The translations under genes were made by a program, and so were the position numbers. Shown here one piece after another: positions 11,902 to 20,918 of a DNA stretch of 43,315 nt. The notes under the pieces are model-generated. The model did not search any database, had not been told where the DNA came from, and was given only the letters and a program-made list of their open reading frames with translations. The DNA is from Clostridiales bacterium (GTDB lineage: Bacteria > Bacillota > Clostridia > Lachnospirales > Lachnospiraceae): contig JAJUHH010000001.1 of assembly GCA_029267975.1 (NCBI GenBank), positions 1 through 43,315 of the forward strand. The letters run 5' to 3'. Every line of letters begins with the position of its first letter. Position 1 is the first letter of the stretch.

Positions 11902-14190
11902 TTATTTGATCTGCGCAAGTAATTGATCAATGGCACTTGTATCAAAGCCCAGGCCTGCAAAAGAACGCATGGAGTGTAAGGGCATGCTCTTGATCATCTC
12001 AAACATCATCAGCTGTTCGCTGGAGAATATGGTCGGAGCACTGTCACCGGGCAAGAAAGCCTGCATCATTTGACGGATGACTGCCTGAGGATCCTCCAAA
12101 GCGCCCAGGACATCTCCTAAAGTGGTCCTGTCATCCAGAAGGAAGGGTTTCTTAATTGAGCTTTGCAAGAGAATAGTTTCAGCTAATAGAATATCCCTGG
12201 AAGACTTACCAATCAGGATTTCATATTCACCGCTTTCTGCATTCCAATCACCTATTTCCACATCATAGAAAGCAAAGGAACGCTTATCTAAGGTGAAGGT
12301 CACCGTCTTTTCTTCCTGGGGCTCCAGGGCAACCTTCTCAAAGCCCTTTAATTCCTTCAGTGGTCGGATTACGGAAGCCTCCTTGTCACGAACATAGAGC
12401 TGAACGATCTCTTTGCCGAAGCAGGAGCCGGTATTTTTCACTTTGACACTTACCTCAAGTATGTCTGTATCCTTGAGCTTTATGGGGCCCTCAGCCTTAG
12501 CAGAAGGATCTTGGTCCTTCACCTTAAGCTGGAGATCGCTGTAGGCAAAGGTTGTATAGCTAAGTCCGTAGCCGAAGGGGAAGAGAACCTCCATATCCTT
12601 GGCGTCGTAATAACGATAACCGATAAATATTCCTTCTCTGTATTCCACATCACGGTTGGTACCCGGGAAATTCAAATAAGAGGGGTTATCCTGCAGCCTT
12701 AAGGGGAAGGTCTCGGCAAGCTTTCCACTGGGGTTCGCCAAGCCGTAAAGCAGATCTACGGTTGCTTCGCCAACTGCCTGACCGCCTAAGTATAGCTCCA
12801 GGATGCCTTTTACCTTGGAGATCCAGGGAAGGAGCACGGGGGAGCCGTTATGTAAAACAACGACAGTATTGGGCTGAACCTTAACGATCTCCTCAATTAG
12901 TTGATTCTGATTGGGAGGAAGGTTAAGATGGGTTCTGTCATAGCCCTCGCTTTCGTAATGATCCGGCAGACCGGCAAATATTACTGCAACCTCGGCTTCT
13001 CTGGCAGCCTTGATTGCCTGAGCCAGGTATTCTTCCTCTAATTCCTCATTCAGGATATCAAAGCCCTTGGCGTAGGTAACGGAATAATCTGCTGCTGCAT
13101 CCACTGCATTTGATACCTTAAAGCTATTGATATGGCTGGAACCGCCGCCCTGGTATCTGGGTTTTACAGCAAATTCACCGATAAAGGCAACCTTAGTCTC
13201 CTTGGATAAGGGCAGTATCTGATCCTCATTCTTTAATAACACGGCACTCTCTCTTGCAAGCTTTCTGGCAAGCTGATGATGTGCCTCCATATCATAGCTT
13301 GAAGGGGTATGATTATCAAGATACTTCTGAATCAGCTCAAGTATCCTTGTAACGGCGGTATCTAACTCCTCCATGGTTAGCTGACCGGCCTTTACAGCTT
13401 CCACAATAGCCTGATCCGTAATTCCGCCGGAAGCCGGCATCTCAAGATCAAGACCAGCCTTAAGGGCAGCTACTCTGTTATTCATAGCACCCCAGTCGGT
13501 TACGACAAGTCCTTCAAAGCCCCATTCCTTACGAAGTACCTTATTTAACAGCCAATCATTTTCACAGGAATAAACGCCATTAATACAGTTATAAGAACAC
13601 ATTACTGTCCAGGGCTGGGCCTGCTTTACGACCTTTTCAAAGGCAGTCAGATAAATTTCACGTAAGGTTCGCTCGTCCACCACGGCGTTAATGCTCATAC
13701 GTCTGGTTTCCTGGTTGTTGGCGGCAAAATGCTTTAAACTGGTGCCCACATTCTTGCTTTGTACTCCTTTGACATAATGAGCACCAAGCTCACCAGCCAG
13801 ATAGGGATCCTCTGAGAAGTATTCAAAGTTTCTTCCGCATAGAGGAGACCGCTTCATATTCACACCAGGACCAAGGATGGCAGCAATCTCTTCTGCCTGG
13901 CATTCCTCTCCTAAAGCCTCGCCCAAGGTTTGTGCCAATTCCCTGTCATAGGAGCAGGAGAGAGCACTGGCAGCAGGAAAGCAAACCGCTTTGACACTGT
14001 CAAGAAGACCTACGTGATCCCCGTTGTTGGCCTGCTTACGAAGTCCGTGAGGACCATCGCTTACCATAACATTGGGCAAATCAAGGCGTTCCACTGCCTT
14101 TGTATGCCAAAAATCTGCACCGGAGCATAAACCTGCTTTTTCTTCCAGGGTTAATTCTGATAAAAGCTTCTGAATATCTAATTTACTCAT
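11902..14190 (-). CDS. GH3 beta-glucosidase-like hydrolase with Fn3 domain, cytoplasmic
   Basis: SDGPHG, GRNFEYFSEDP, KHFAAN, VVTDW nucleophile, FPFGYGLSYT; no signal peptide. Confidence 0.93.
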   Translation of the reverse strand: MSKLDIQKLLSELTLEEKAGLCSGADFWHTKAVERLDLPNVMVSDGPHGLRKQANNGDHVGLLDSVKAVCFPAASALSCSYDRELAQTLGEALGEECQAEEIAAILGPGVNMKRSPLCGRNFEYFSEDPYLAGELGAHYVKGVQSKNVGTSLKHFAANNQETRRMSINAVVDERTLREIYLTAFEKVVKQAQPWTVMCSYNCINGVYSCENDWLLNKVLRKEWGFEGLVVTDWGAMNNRVAALKAGLDLEMPASGGITDQAIVEAVKAGQLTMEELDTAVTRILELIQKYLDNHTPSSYDMEAHHQLARKLARESAVLLKNEDQILPLSKETKVAFIGEFAVKPRYQGGGSSHINSFKVSNAVDAAADYSVTYAKGFDILNEELEEEYLAQAIKAAREAEVAVIFAGLPDHYESEGYDRTHLNLPPNQNQLIEEIVKVQPNTVVVLHNGSPVLLPWISKVKGILELYLGGQAVGEATVDLLYGLANPSGKLAETFPLRLQDNPSYLNFPGTNRDVEYREGIFIGYRYYDAKDMEVLFPFGYGLSYTTFAYSDLQLKVKDQDPSAKAEGPIKLKDTDILEVSVKVKNTGSCFGKEIVQLYVRDKEASVIRPLKELKGFEKVALEPQEEKTVTFTLDKRSFAFYDVEIGDWNAESGEYEILIGKSSRDILLAETILLQSSIKKPFLLDDRTTLGDVLGALEDPQAVIRQMMQAFLPGDSAPTIFSSEQLMMFEMIKSMPLHSMRSFAGLGFDTSAIDQLLAQIK

Positions 14191-14255
14191 ATAAACCTCC
14201 CAGAATAATATAATTTATGGCTATTTAAAGTCATAGATGGACCAATCGTTAAGAA

Positions 14256-14294
14256 ACTTCGCAGATGGTCTATATATAGCCACATCTGCGAAGT
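14256..14294 (-). terminator. Stem-loop between the ABC operon and GH3
   Basis: ACTTCGCAGATG...CATCTGCGAAGT 12-bp arms; short T-rich tail on the minus strand. Confidence 0.6.
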
Positions 14295-14318
14295 CGATCT
14301 AAAATAATAATATTAAGC

Positions 14319-15131
14319 TTATACGGTTGATAAATCCCACTCTTCGTAAATCTTAGGAACATCACTGATCAAGCGTTTGGTATACTCTGCCTTAGGATTG
14401 AGGATCACCTCATCGGCACTGCCATACTCAACAAACTTACCATGCTCCATAATATAAACCGTATCGGAGATATAGTAAGCTAGGCCGATATCATGAGTAA
14501 TGAAGATAATCGTCATGCCAATCTCGTTTCGCAGATTCATCAGCATATCCAGAATGGTTGCACGGGAGCAGGCATCAATCATGGAGGTAGGCTCATCTGC
14601 CAGAAGAATCTTCGGCTTTAAGAGGAAGATACGGGCAATCATCAGACGCTGCATCTGTCCACCGGACAACTCGAAGGGATACTTATTGGTGAGTTCGGCA
14701 AACTTCAGATTAACGAAGCTGCAGGCCTCGGTCATCATCTCAATTTTCTTCTCCATGGGAAGGTGCTTTCCGCCTCGCATGTGAATACAGTCAAGAAGTA
14801 CAGTATCTACCTTGGAGAATACATTATAGGAGGAGAAAGGATCCTGGAAGATTGCCTGAATATCCTTCCAATATTCTTTTTTCTTTTTGCGGGTACTGAT
14901 ATCCAGAGGCTTATCCTGAAAGAATATCTGCCCATCAGTTACATTGATCAGACCAAGCAGCATCTTACTGAGGGTGGTTTTACCGCTGCCGGACTCACCC
15001 ACAATAGAGACGAATTCGCCCTCATGAAATTCAAAATCCACATGATCAACGGCGACGGTCCTTTTTGAGCCAAAGCCAAATACCTTGGTAACGCCTTTTC
15101 CACTCAGGCACAGAGGTTTTGAATTACTCAT
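14319..15131 (-). CDS. Opp/Dpp-family ABC ATPase (OppF-like)
   Basis: [23 protein letters not shown]; start 15131 chosen from GGAGG spacing. Confidence 0.9.
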   Translation of the reverse strand: MSNSKPLCLSGKGVTKVFGFGSKRTVAVDHVDFEFHEGEFVSIVGESGSGKTTLSKMLLGLINVTDGQIFFQDKPLDISTRKKKKEYWKDIQAIFQDPFSSYNVFSKVDTVLLDCIHMRGGKHLPMEKKIEMMTEACSFVNLKFAELTNKYPFELSGGQMQRLMIARIFLLKPKILLADEPTSMIDACSRATILDMLMNLRNEIGMTIIFITHDIGLAYYISDTVYIMEHGKFVEYGSADEVILNPKAEYTKRLISDVPKIYEEWDLSTV

Positions 15132-16131
15132 TGGCATATTCCTCCCTCAGCTTTTCTATGTCAATAATACAACGGTAACTGCGTCCCTCGCCAAACTCCT
15201 TCAAATCAACAGAAGTAAGTCTGCATTCCTTGGTTGCATATTTGCAGCGGTCTGCAAAACGGCAGCCAGACGGCGGCTTCTTTAAGTTAGGAGGAGTTCC
15301 GGGAATAGCAGCAAGCTTCACATCGCGGGTTCCTTCCTCCGGTACGATGATGGAGCCCATCAGCCCCTTGGAATAAGGATGGGTAGGATTAAATACCATC
15401 TCCTTGGCGGTTCCCTTTTCTACAATCTGGCCGGCATACATAACCATAATATCATCAGTTACATTGTACAGGAGCGGCAGCTCATGGGTTATGAAGATCA
15501 TGGATTTGATATAGCCCTTCTCCATCAGGTTGCGAAGCATCTTTATAACCATCTTCTGACTGGTAACATCCAGTGCACTGGAGGGCTCATCGGCAATGAG
15601 CACCTTGGGTGAGAGAATGGTTGAGATGGCGATTACGGTACGCTGCTTCATACCGCCGGAGAGCTCAACTGCATGCTTATCCAGTACAGAGGAAGGAAGT
15701 CCAAGCTCCTCAAAACGCTTTCTGGCAAGATCATGTATATCCTTCTTGGGCATCTTGGGATCATGCGCATGAATAACGTCTTCAATAAAGCGGATGATTT
15801 TCTGGGTGGGATTCAGTGCATTCATAGCAGCCTGGGGAATATAAGCAATCTCAGTGCCCAGAATGTTCTTGCGGATATCATCCGGATCCATCTTGGATAT
15901 GTTCCTGCCATCAATGATGATATCGCCGCTGGTATAGTGTAAGGGAGGGAAATAATATCCCATCAGACTCAGTGCAAGGGTTGACTTGCCACAGCCGGAT
16001 TCGCCTGCAATTCCGAGGGATTTACCCTCCTCGATGGACAGGGATACATGATCAACGGCATAAACATCTTCTCTAAATCTGGTTATGTATTTGGTTGTAA
16101 GGTCCTTGACCTCAAGTATTGTCTTTCCCAT
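15124..16131 (-). CDS. Opp/Dpp-family ABC ATPase (OppD-like)
   Basis: [17 protein letters not shown]...GCRFADRC C-terminal oligopeptide domain. Confidence 0.92.
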   Translation of the reverse strand: MGKTILEVKDLTTKYITRFREDVYAVDHVSLSIEEGKSLGIAGESGCGKSTLALSLMGYYFPPLHYTSGDIIIDGRNISKMDPDDIRKNILGTEIAYIPQAAMNALNPTQKIIRFIEDVIHAHDPKMPKKDIHDLARKRFEELGLPSSVLDKHAVELSGGMKQRTVIAISTILSPKVLIADEPSSALDVTSQKMVIKMLRNLMEKGYIKSMIFITHELPLLYNVTDDIMVMYAGQIVEKGTAKEMVFNPTHPYSKGLMGSIIVPEEGTRDVKLAAIPGTPPNLKKPPSGCRFADRCKYATKECRLTSVDLKEFGEGRSYRCIIDIEKLREEYANE

Positions 16132-16141
16132 ATCCGGCCTC

Positions 16142-17392
16142 CTAATCTCTCAATGTGGGGTTGAACACCTGATCCAGACCGGTATTCATTAGGTTCAGTG
16201 AGAATGATATCAATGCGATAACCATCAGAACCGGGAAATATGCCCACCAATATCCATGGGTGTGAGCGGAGTAAAGCATTGCCCAGTTCATCATAAGTCC
16301 CAGGGTAGGAACCTCTGAGGTCTTTGGACCTAAGCCGATCATAGAAAGCTGTGCTTCCGCAAGTATGGCAGTAGATATCTGTAAGATAAAGGCCATTACT
16401 ACATAAGAAGCGATATAAGGTAAGATATCAGTTGCAATAATTCTTGCCAGGCTGTGCCCAGATAGCTTACTTAGATTAACGTGATCGCGGTTACGCAGGG
16501 AGATAACCTGGGAACGTACGGATCTGGTAGTCCAGGTCCAGGACGTCAATCCGATAACAATCGCAACGGTAGTTGCTCCACGTTTATCCTGTCCAATACC
16601 GTAGGAGATCAGAATAAGCATGATAAAGCCCGGTATTACGGTAAATAGATTGGTGATAAAAAGAATAAGATCATCTAACCATCCACCAAGGTAGCCGGCC
16701 AACAGACCGGTGGTAAGGCCGATCAGGGTTGCAATGGTACCTGCGATCAAACCGATCATAATGGAGGTTTTTGTTGCGGATACAAGCTCCTTTAATACAT
16801 CGCGGCCAAAATTATCTGTACCCAAAGGCAGATTGATCACATTTACTACATCTTTGGTATTCACATAATCAGTATCCTTAACGAATTTAATCTGATTCAG
16901 TTCACCGGTCTCAGGATCTTCTTCACTAACAACTACTTCAGTGCCCTTTAAGGCTGCTTCAAGATTGGCGTTAAGCCTCTTATAATAGTTACGCTTTGCC
17001 ATAGTCATTCCTGCAGGCTTAGCGGAAGGATCATAGTTATCAGACCAAAGCTCCAGAAGGGCATCTGTATCAGTGATATCGATATCCGCTTCAGGAATGC
17101 CGGCAGCCACCAGCCATTCTTTCATTGCGATACGGTCATCATCGCTTAGCTTAGCGGCCAATCTTTTTTCATCGGCATGTGGGAGCTTCATGATATCAGG
17201 AGTGGTGTTGATAGCATCATATACCGACACATAGGTGCCCGGCTTTGAGAAGGAGCTTAAGCCGATCATCTGTAGGGGATTGCCGGTAACAAACAGAGGA
17301 TAGATAAAAAGTACCAATAACATTGCAGCGAGTATGGAAAAACCTGCTAAAAATTTAGGGGAGTGAAATATCTGGCGAATGGTATTTTTCAT
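16142..17392 (-). CDS. Opp/Dpp-family ABC permease (OppC-like) with large N-terminal loop
   Basis: [11 protein letters not shown] motif followed by the BPD TM domain; 416 aa. Confidence 0.9.
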   Translation of the reverse strand: MKNTIRQIFHSPKFLAGFSILAAMLLVLFIYPLFVTGNPLQMIGLSSFSKPGTYVSVYDAINTTPDIMKLPHADEKRLAAKLSDDDRIAMKEWLVAAGIPEADIDITDTDALLELWSDNYDPSAKPAGMTMAKRNYYKRLNANLEAALKGTEVVVSEEDPETGELNQIKFVKDTDYVNTKDVVNVINLPLGTDNFGRDVLKELVSATKTSIMIGLIAGTIATLIGLTTGLLAGYLGGWLDDLILFITNLFTVIPGFIMLILISYGIGQDKRGATTVAIVIGLTSWTWTTRSVRSQVISLRNRDHVNLSKLSGHSLARIIATDILPYIASYVVMAFILQISTAILAEAQLSMIGLGPKTSEVPTLGLMMNWAMLYSAHTHGYWWAYFPVLMVIALISFSLNLMNTGLDQVFNPTLRD

Positions 17393-17406
17393 TGTACTGT
17401 CCTCCC

Positions 17407-18411
17407 TTAATCAAATTGCGCTGCTTTAACGCGCGGATCAATGAAACCATAGATAATGTCAATTGCAAAGTTAGCAATTAAGACCATGATTGTAATAATC
17501 AAGGTGGTAGCAGATAGAACGGGATAATCTGAGGAGGTAACTGCACTCAGCATGGTGGTACCAAGTCCCGGATAACTGAAGGTGATTTCTGCCACCAAAG
17601 CACCGCCGACCATGGTACCGATGGATAATGCAAGTCCTGTAACCTGTGGCAGCATAGCATTGCGGAATACGTAACCGACAATTTTCCTGTCCTTGATACC
17701 AAGAAAACGACTGTACTTTACATAATCGGCATTTAACTCATAAATTGACATGGAACGCATACCGATTGCCTGGCCTCCGATTGATATGATCACAATTGAC
17801 CAGAAGGGCAGCTGATAGTGAACAAAAATTGATTTAATAAATGCCCAGCTAAAATTAGGAATTAAATCAAAACCATATCCGCCTGCAATGGGTGCAACCT
17901 TTAGCTTAACTGCAAAGATGCCCAGAAGGATAACTGCCATACCAAAAGCAGGAACACAGCTTAAGAATAAGCTGAGGGGCATCAGGACCTTATCAAAGCC
18001 CTTCCTAATATAGGCTGCTAATGCTCCAAGGACATTGCCCAGGATCCAGCCCACAATAATTGCCGGAAACTGCAGGCCGATGGTCCAAAGGATCGCACTG
18101 GATATAATATCATTTACTCTACGGGGATATTGGGTGAAGGAAACGCCAAAGTCTCCTCTGAATGCATTCTTAACATATGTAAAAAATTGAACAATTACCG
18201 GTTGATCAAGGCCAAATTCCTTAACATAATTGTCATACATTGCTTTTACTGCAGAGGCGTCTGACAATCCACGTGCGGTCTTATTCATAATATTGGCGAC
18301 AGGATCAGCCGGCATCAACCGGGGGAGCGCAAAGTTTAGTAAGAAAGCAATAATAAATGTAAGGATAAACCATACAATCTTTTTGCTAAAATACTTTCGA
18401 TAGCCTTTCAT
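17407..18411 (-). CDS. Opp/Dpp-family ABC permease (OppB-like)
   Basis: RLMPADP, FGLDQP, GDFGVS, RNAMLP, IDPRV motifs. Confidence 0.92.
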   Translation of the reverse strand: MKGYRKYFSKKIVWFILTFIIAFLLNFALPRLMPADPVANIMNKTARGLSDASAVKAMYDNYVKEFGLDQPVIVQFFTYVKNAFRGDFGVSFTQYPRRVNDIISSAILWTIGLQFPAIIVGWILGNVLGALAAYIRKGFDKVLMPLSLFLSCVPAFGMAVILLGIFAVKLKVAPIAGGYGFDLIPNFSWAFIKSIFVHYQLPFWSIVIISIGGQAIGMRSMSIYELNADYVKYSRFLGIKDRKIVGYVFRNAMLPQVTGLALSIGTMVGGALVAEITFSYPGLGTTMLSAVTSSDYPVLSATTLIITIMVLIANFAIDIIYGFIDPRVKAAQFD

Positions 18412-18435
18412 ATAATACCTCCAGGATTTTGAAAA

Positions 18436-18469
18436 CAGCCATGTTTCAAGAGCTCCCGAAACATGGCTG
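18436..18469 (-). promoter_or_regulatory. Intra-operon stem-loop downstream of the solute-binding protein gene
   Basis: CAGCCATGTTTC-10nt-GAAACATGGCTG perfect 12-bp arms. Confidence 0.65.
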
Positions 18470-18530
18470 ACTTTAAGATTCAGGTGTAACTATTCAAGTT
18501 GTTCTTCGAGTATGGCCTCTCATTCAGCAA

Positions 18531-20435
18531 TTACTGAATCAGGGAGACATTATATAAAGCGGCAATACCATAACCGTCGGTACAATCTGCCGGAGGGATA
18601 TTTAATCCATCACCCTGCTCAGGGAAGCCGGTCCATACAGATTCGTTTACAGCATGGAACTTGTCAGGTCTGTACATCAAACCGAAGGAAGGAACATCGG
18701 TTAAGTAGATCTTAACAGCTTCGGTGTAGTATTCCTTAACCTTAGCAGGATCGCTTTCGGTAGGGATAAGCTTGATCAGCTCCTGAATACGGTCGTTGCT
18801 GTAATGGCCATAGTTACCGGACCAGTTACCTTCAATACCATTGAATTCGCTGCTCATGAGATAGCGCATACGACCCCAAGGCTGTGTAGGAGATGCACTG
18901 TCAGTCCACATCATAAAGATATCAAAATCCTGCTGATGAGCGGATGTTACAGTGGTCAGATAAGGATCTGATTCAGGATACTGAGTTGTGATCTCGATAC
19001 CGATCTTCTCGCCTGCAGCAGCAACGATTTCCATGGATGCCTGCCAGTCGGACCAGCCATTCGGGCAAGCAGCAACGAGGGAAATCTTCTGACCGTTATA
19101 TTCACGCCAGCCGTCACCGTCATTATCCTTGATACCTGCATCATCCAGTAACTTCTTAGCACCTTCAATGTCATTACCTACCCACTGAAGATCCTTAACT
19201 TCATCATGATTGTACATTGACTGCTCGCCATCGGTCGGGTTCATGAAGGAACGAGGCACCTGCTTGAAGGTAGGTGACTGTCCTGTCATAGCGTTAGCAT
19301 TGATTGCATCATAATCAACTGCCATTGCGATAGCCTTACGAACTGCAACTTCCTGAAGAACAGGTTTCTCCAGGTTATAGAAAGCGGTAGGGATATTTAC
19401 ACAGATACCATACGGAGGCTCATCTATGTAAGTGGAAATCGGCAAGCCATCCTTTAACCAAAGATCCTGGATATTAGGAATGAACTGCTGGTTAACATCG
19501 ATTTCGCCTGCCTTGAAAGCAGCTTCTGTTGCAGCGTTATCAGCATAGATCGCATGAGCGATATACTTGGGAACCGGAAGTTTGCCCCACAGGGAAGCAT
19601 CCTGACCCCAGTAAGCATCATTACGCTTAAATACTACCTTCTGCTCATCATCATAATAAGGTCCATAAGGTCCGGAATAAACAACATCATCAGCGGGATC
19701 AGCCTTGATCGCTGAAGCATCGTTATTGTTGCGAGCTTCAACTGTCTGGATCCAAGCCTTCTGAGCGATATAAACAGAACCAAGGAAGTTCACAAGCATT
19801 AAAGGATTGGTTGACTTGCCATCCTCGGTTAATGTAGACTTAATTACAACAGTGTGAGAGTCAACTGCAGTTACGGATTCGATATAAGGCTTATTGGAAT
19901 TACCCATATTGTTTCCGATCTTAACACCAGTTTCATATGTATAAGCTACGTCTTCTGCTGTAACCGGTGTACCGTCACTCCATTTTGCAGCGGGATTGAT
20001 CTTTACTGTGATCTCAGTCATATCAGCATTCCACTGATAGTCGCCGTCTGCAAGCAGCGGATACATCTTACCGTCAAGGAAATTATACATATACAGTGTT
20101 TCAAACATAATGGTACGGGAACCGCTGCCGGAAGCAGATAAGGCCATAGCGTTGTTATTGTTGTCTCCAAGTGGATTCCAGCCATTAATTACTCCCCATT
20201 GCTGGCCACCGAAGTACATGGTTTCCGTTCTGGGAAGCTGATTGGGATCAGCATCCGTCTCGGGTTCTGCTTCAGCCGGTGCCTCAGTCGGTGCTGTAGT
20301 AGCAGCAGCCGGTGCCTGAGTAGGTGTTGTTTTGGTTTCTTCTTGTGTCGTTTTTTTGCCGCAGCCAGTTAATACGGTTGCGACTACCATTACTAAAACT
20401 AGTAAAATGGCGGTTAATTTTTTACCTCTTAACAT
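18531..20435 (-). CDS. Family 5 solute-binding lipoprotein, probably oligosaccharide-binding
   Basis: AAGGAGG before ATG 20435; lipobox LTGC; Thr/Pro/Ala linker; [12 protein letters not shown] family-5 signature; glycoside hydrolase context. Confidence 0.9.
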   Translation of the reverse strand: MLRGKKLTAILLVLVMVVATVLTGCGKKTTQEETKTTPTQAPAAATTAPTEAPAEAEPETDADPNQLPRTETMYFGGQQWGVINGWNPLGDNNNNAMALSASGSGSRTIMFETLYMYNFLDGKMYPLLADGDYQWNADMTEITVKINPAAKWSDGTPVTAEDVAYTYETGVKIGNNMGNSNKPYIESVTAVDSHTVVIKSTLTEDGKSTNPLMLVNFLGSVYIAQKAWIQTVEARNNNDASAIKADPADDVVYSGPYGPYYDDEQKVVFKRNDAYWGQDASLWGKLPVPKYIAHAIYADNAATEAAFKAGEIDVNQQFIPNIQDLWLKDGLPISTYIDEPPYGICVNIPTAFYNLEKPVLQEVAVRKAIAMAVDYDAINANAMTGQSPTFKQVPRSFMNPTDGEQSMYNHDEVKDLQWVGNDIEGAKKLLDDAGIKDNDGDGWREYNGQKISLVAACPNGWSDWQASMEIVAAAGEKIGIEITTQYPESDPYLTTVTSAHQQDFDIFMMWTDSASPTQPWGRMRYLMSSEFNGIEGNWSGNYGHYSNDRIQELIKLIPTESDPAKVKEYYTEAVKIYLTDVPSFGLMYRPDKFHAVNESVWTGFPEQGDGLNIPPADCTDGYGIAALYNVSLIQ

Positions 20436-20484
20436 ATATACCCTCCTTTTGTTATAGGTTGTGCCTGACCTATATCTTTTTATA

Positions 20485-20575
20485 TAAACATAGTAAACAT
20501 TATGCAATGCATAAAAAGTTTGGTGGCACCCCCACCCCTTTGCTAAGCTGTAGCAAAGCATATTTACTATGTTTA
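20485..20575 (-). promoter_or_regulatory. Candidate structured 5' leader (multi-branch) of the ABC operon
   Basis: Perfect 13-bp closing stem TAAACATAGTAAA/TTTACTATGTTTA enclosing three small hairpins. Confidence 0.5.
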
Positions 20576-20918
20576 AATCAATAACAAAAAAACTGTATAA
20601 ATATATTGTCGATTTCTGTATGTGAAAATTTATTAAAATATACTACGAACAACCAAAAAACAATTGTTTTATTGTTACATTTTAACATGACATTTTAAAA
20701 TTAACCATGCTTTTCTAACGGTTTTATGTTATAATATATACATAATTTGGCTGTACTTGGAAAGGACAATGTACAAAGCACAAAATAAAAATCTAAAGAT
20801 TATGCAGTTTTAATAATTCTATTGTGAAACATTTGAAATTATTTTACAAAATCCACGAATATGCGGGATTGATTAAAATATAAAAACTCGATATTTATGA
20901 AAAGGGGAGAATATAAAT

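Noticed and set aside
20260-20345. Repeat-like GCCGGTGCCT sequence in the binding-protein gene
   Set aside because: Explained by the Thr/Pro/Ala lipoprotein tether
20436-20561. N-terminal extensions in the ORF track (also 1133, 30124, 33822, 36565, 37327, 38200, 41471, 41707)
   Set aside because: Downstream starts have clear Shine-Dalgarno sequences and match family N-termini
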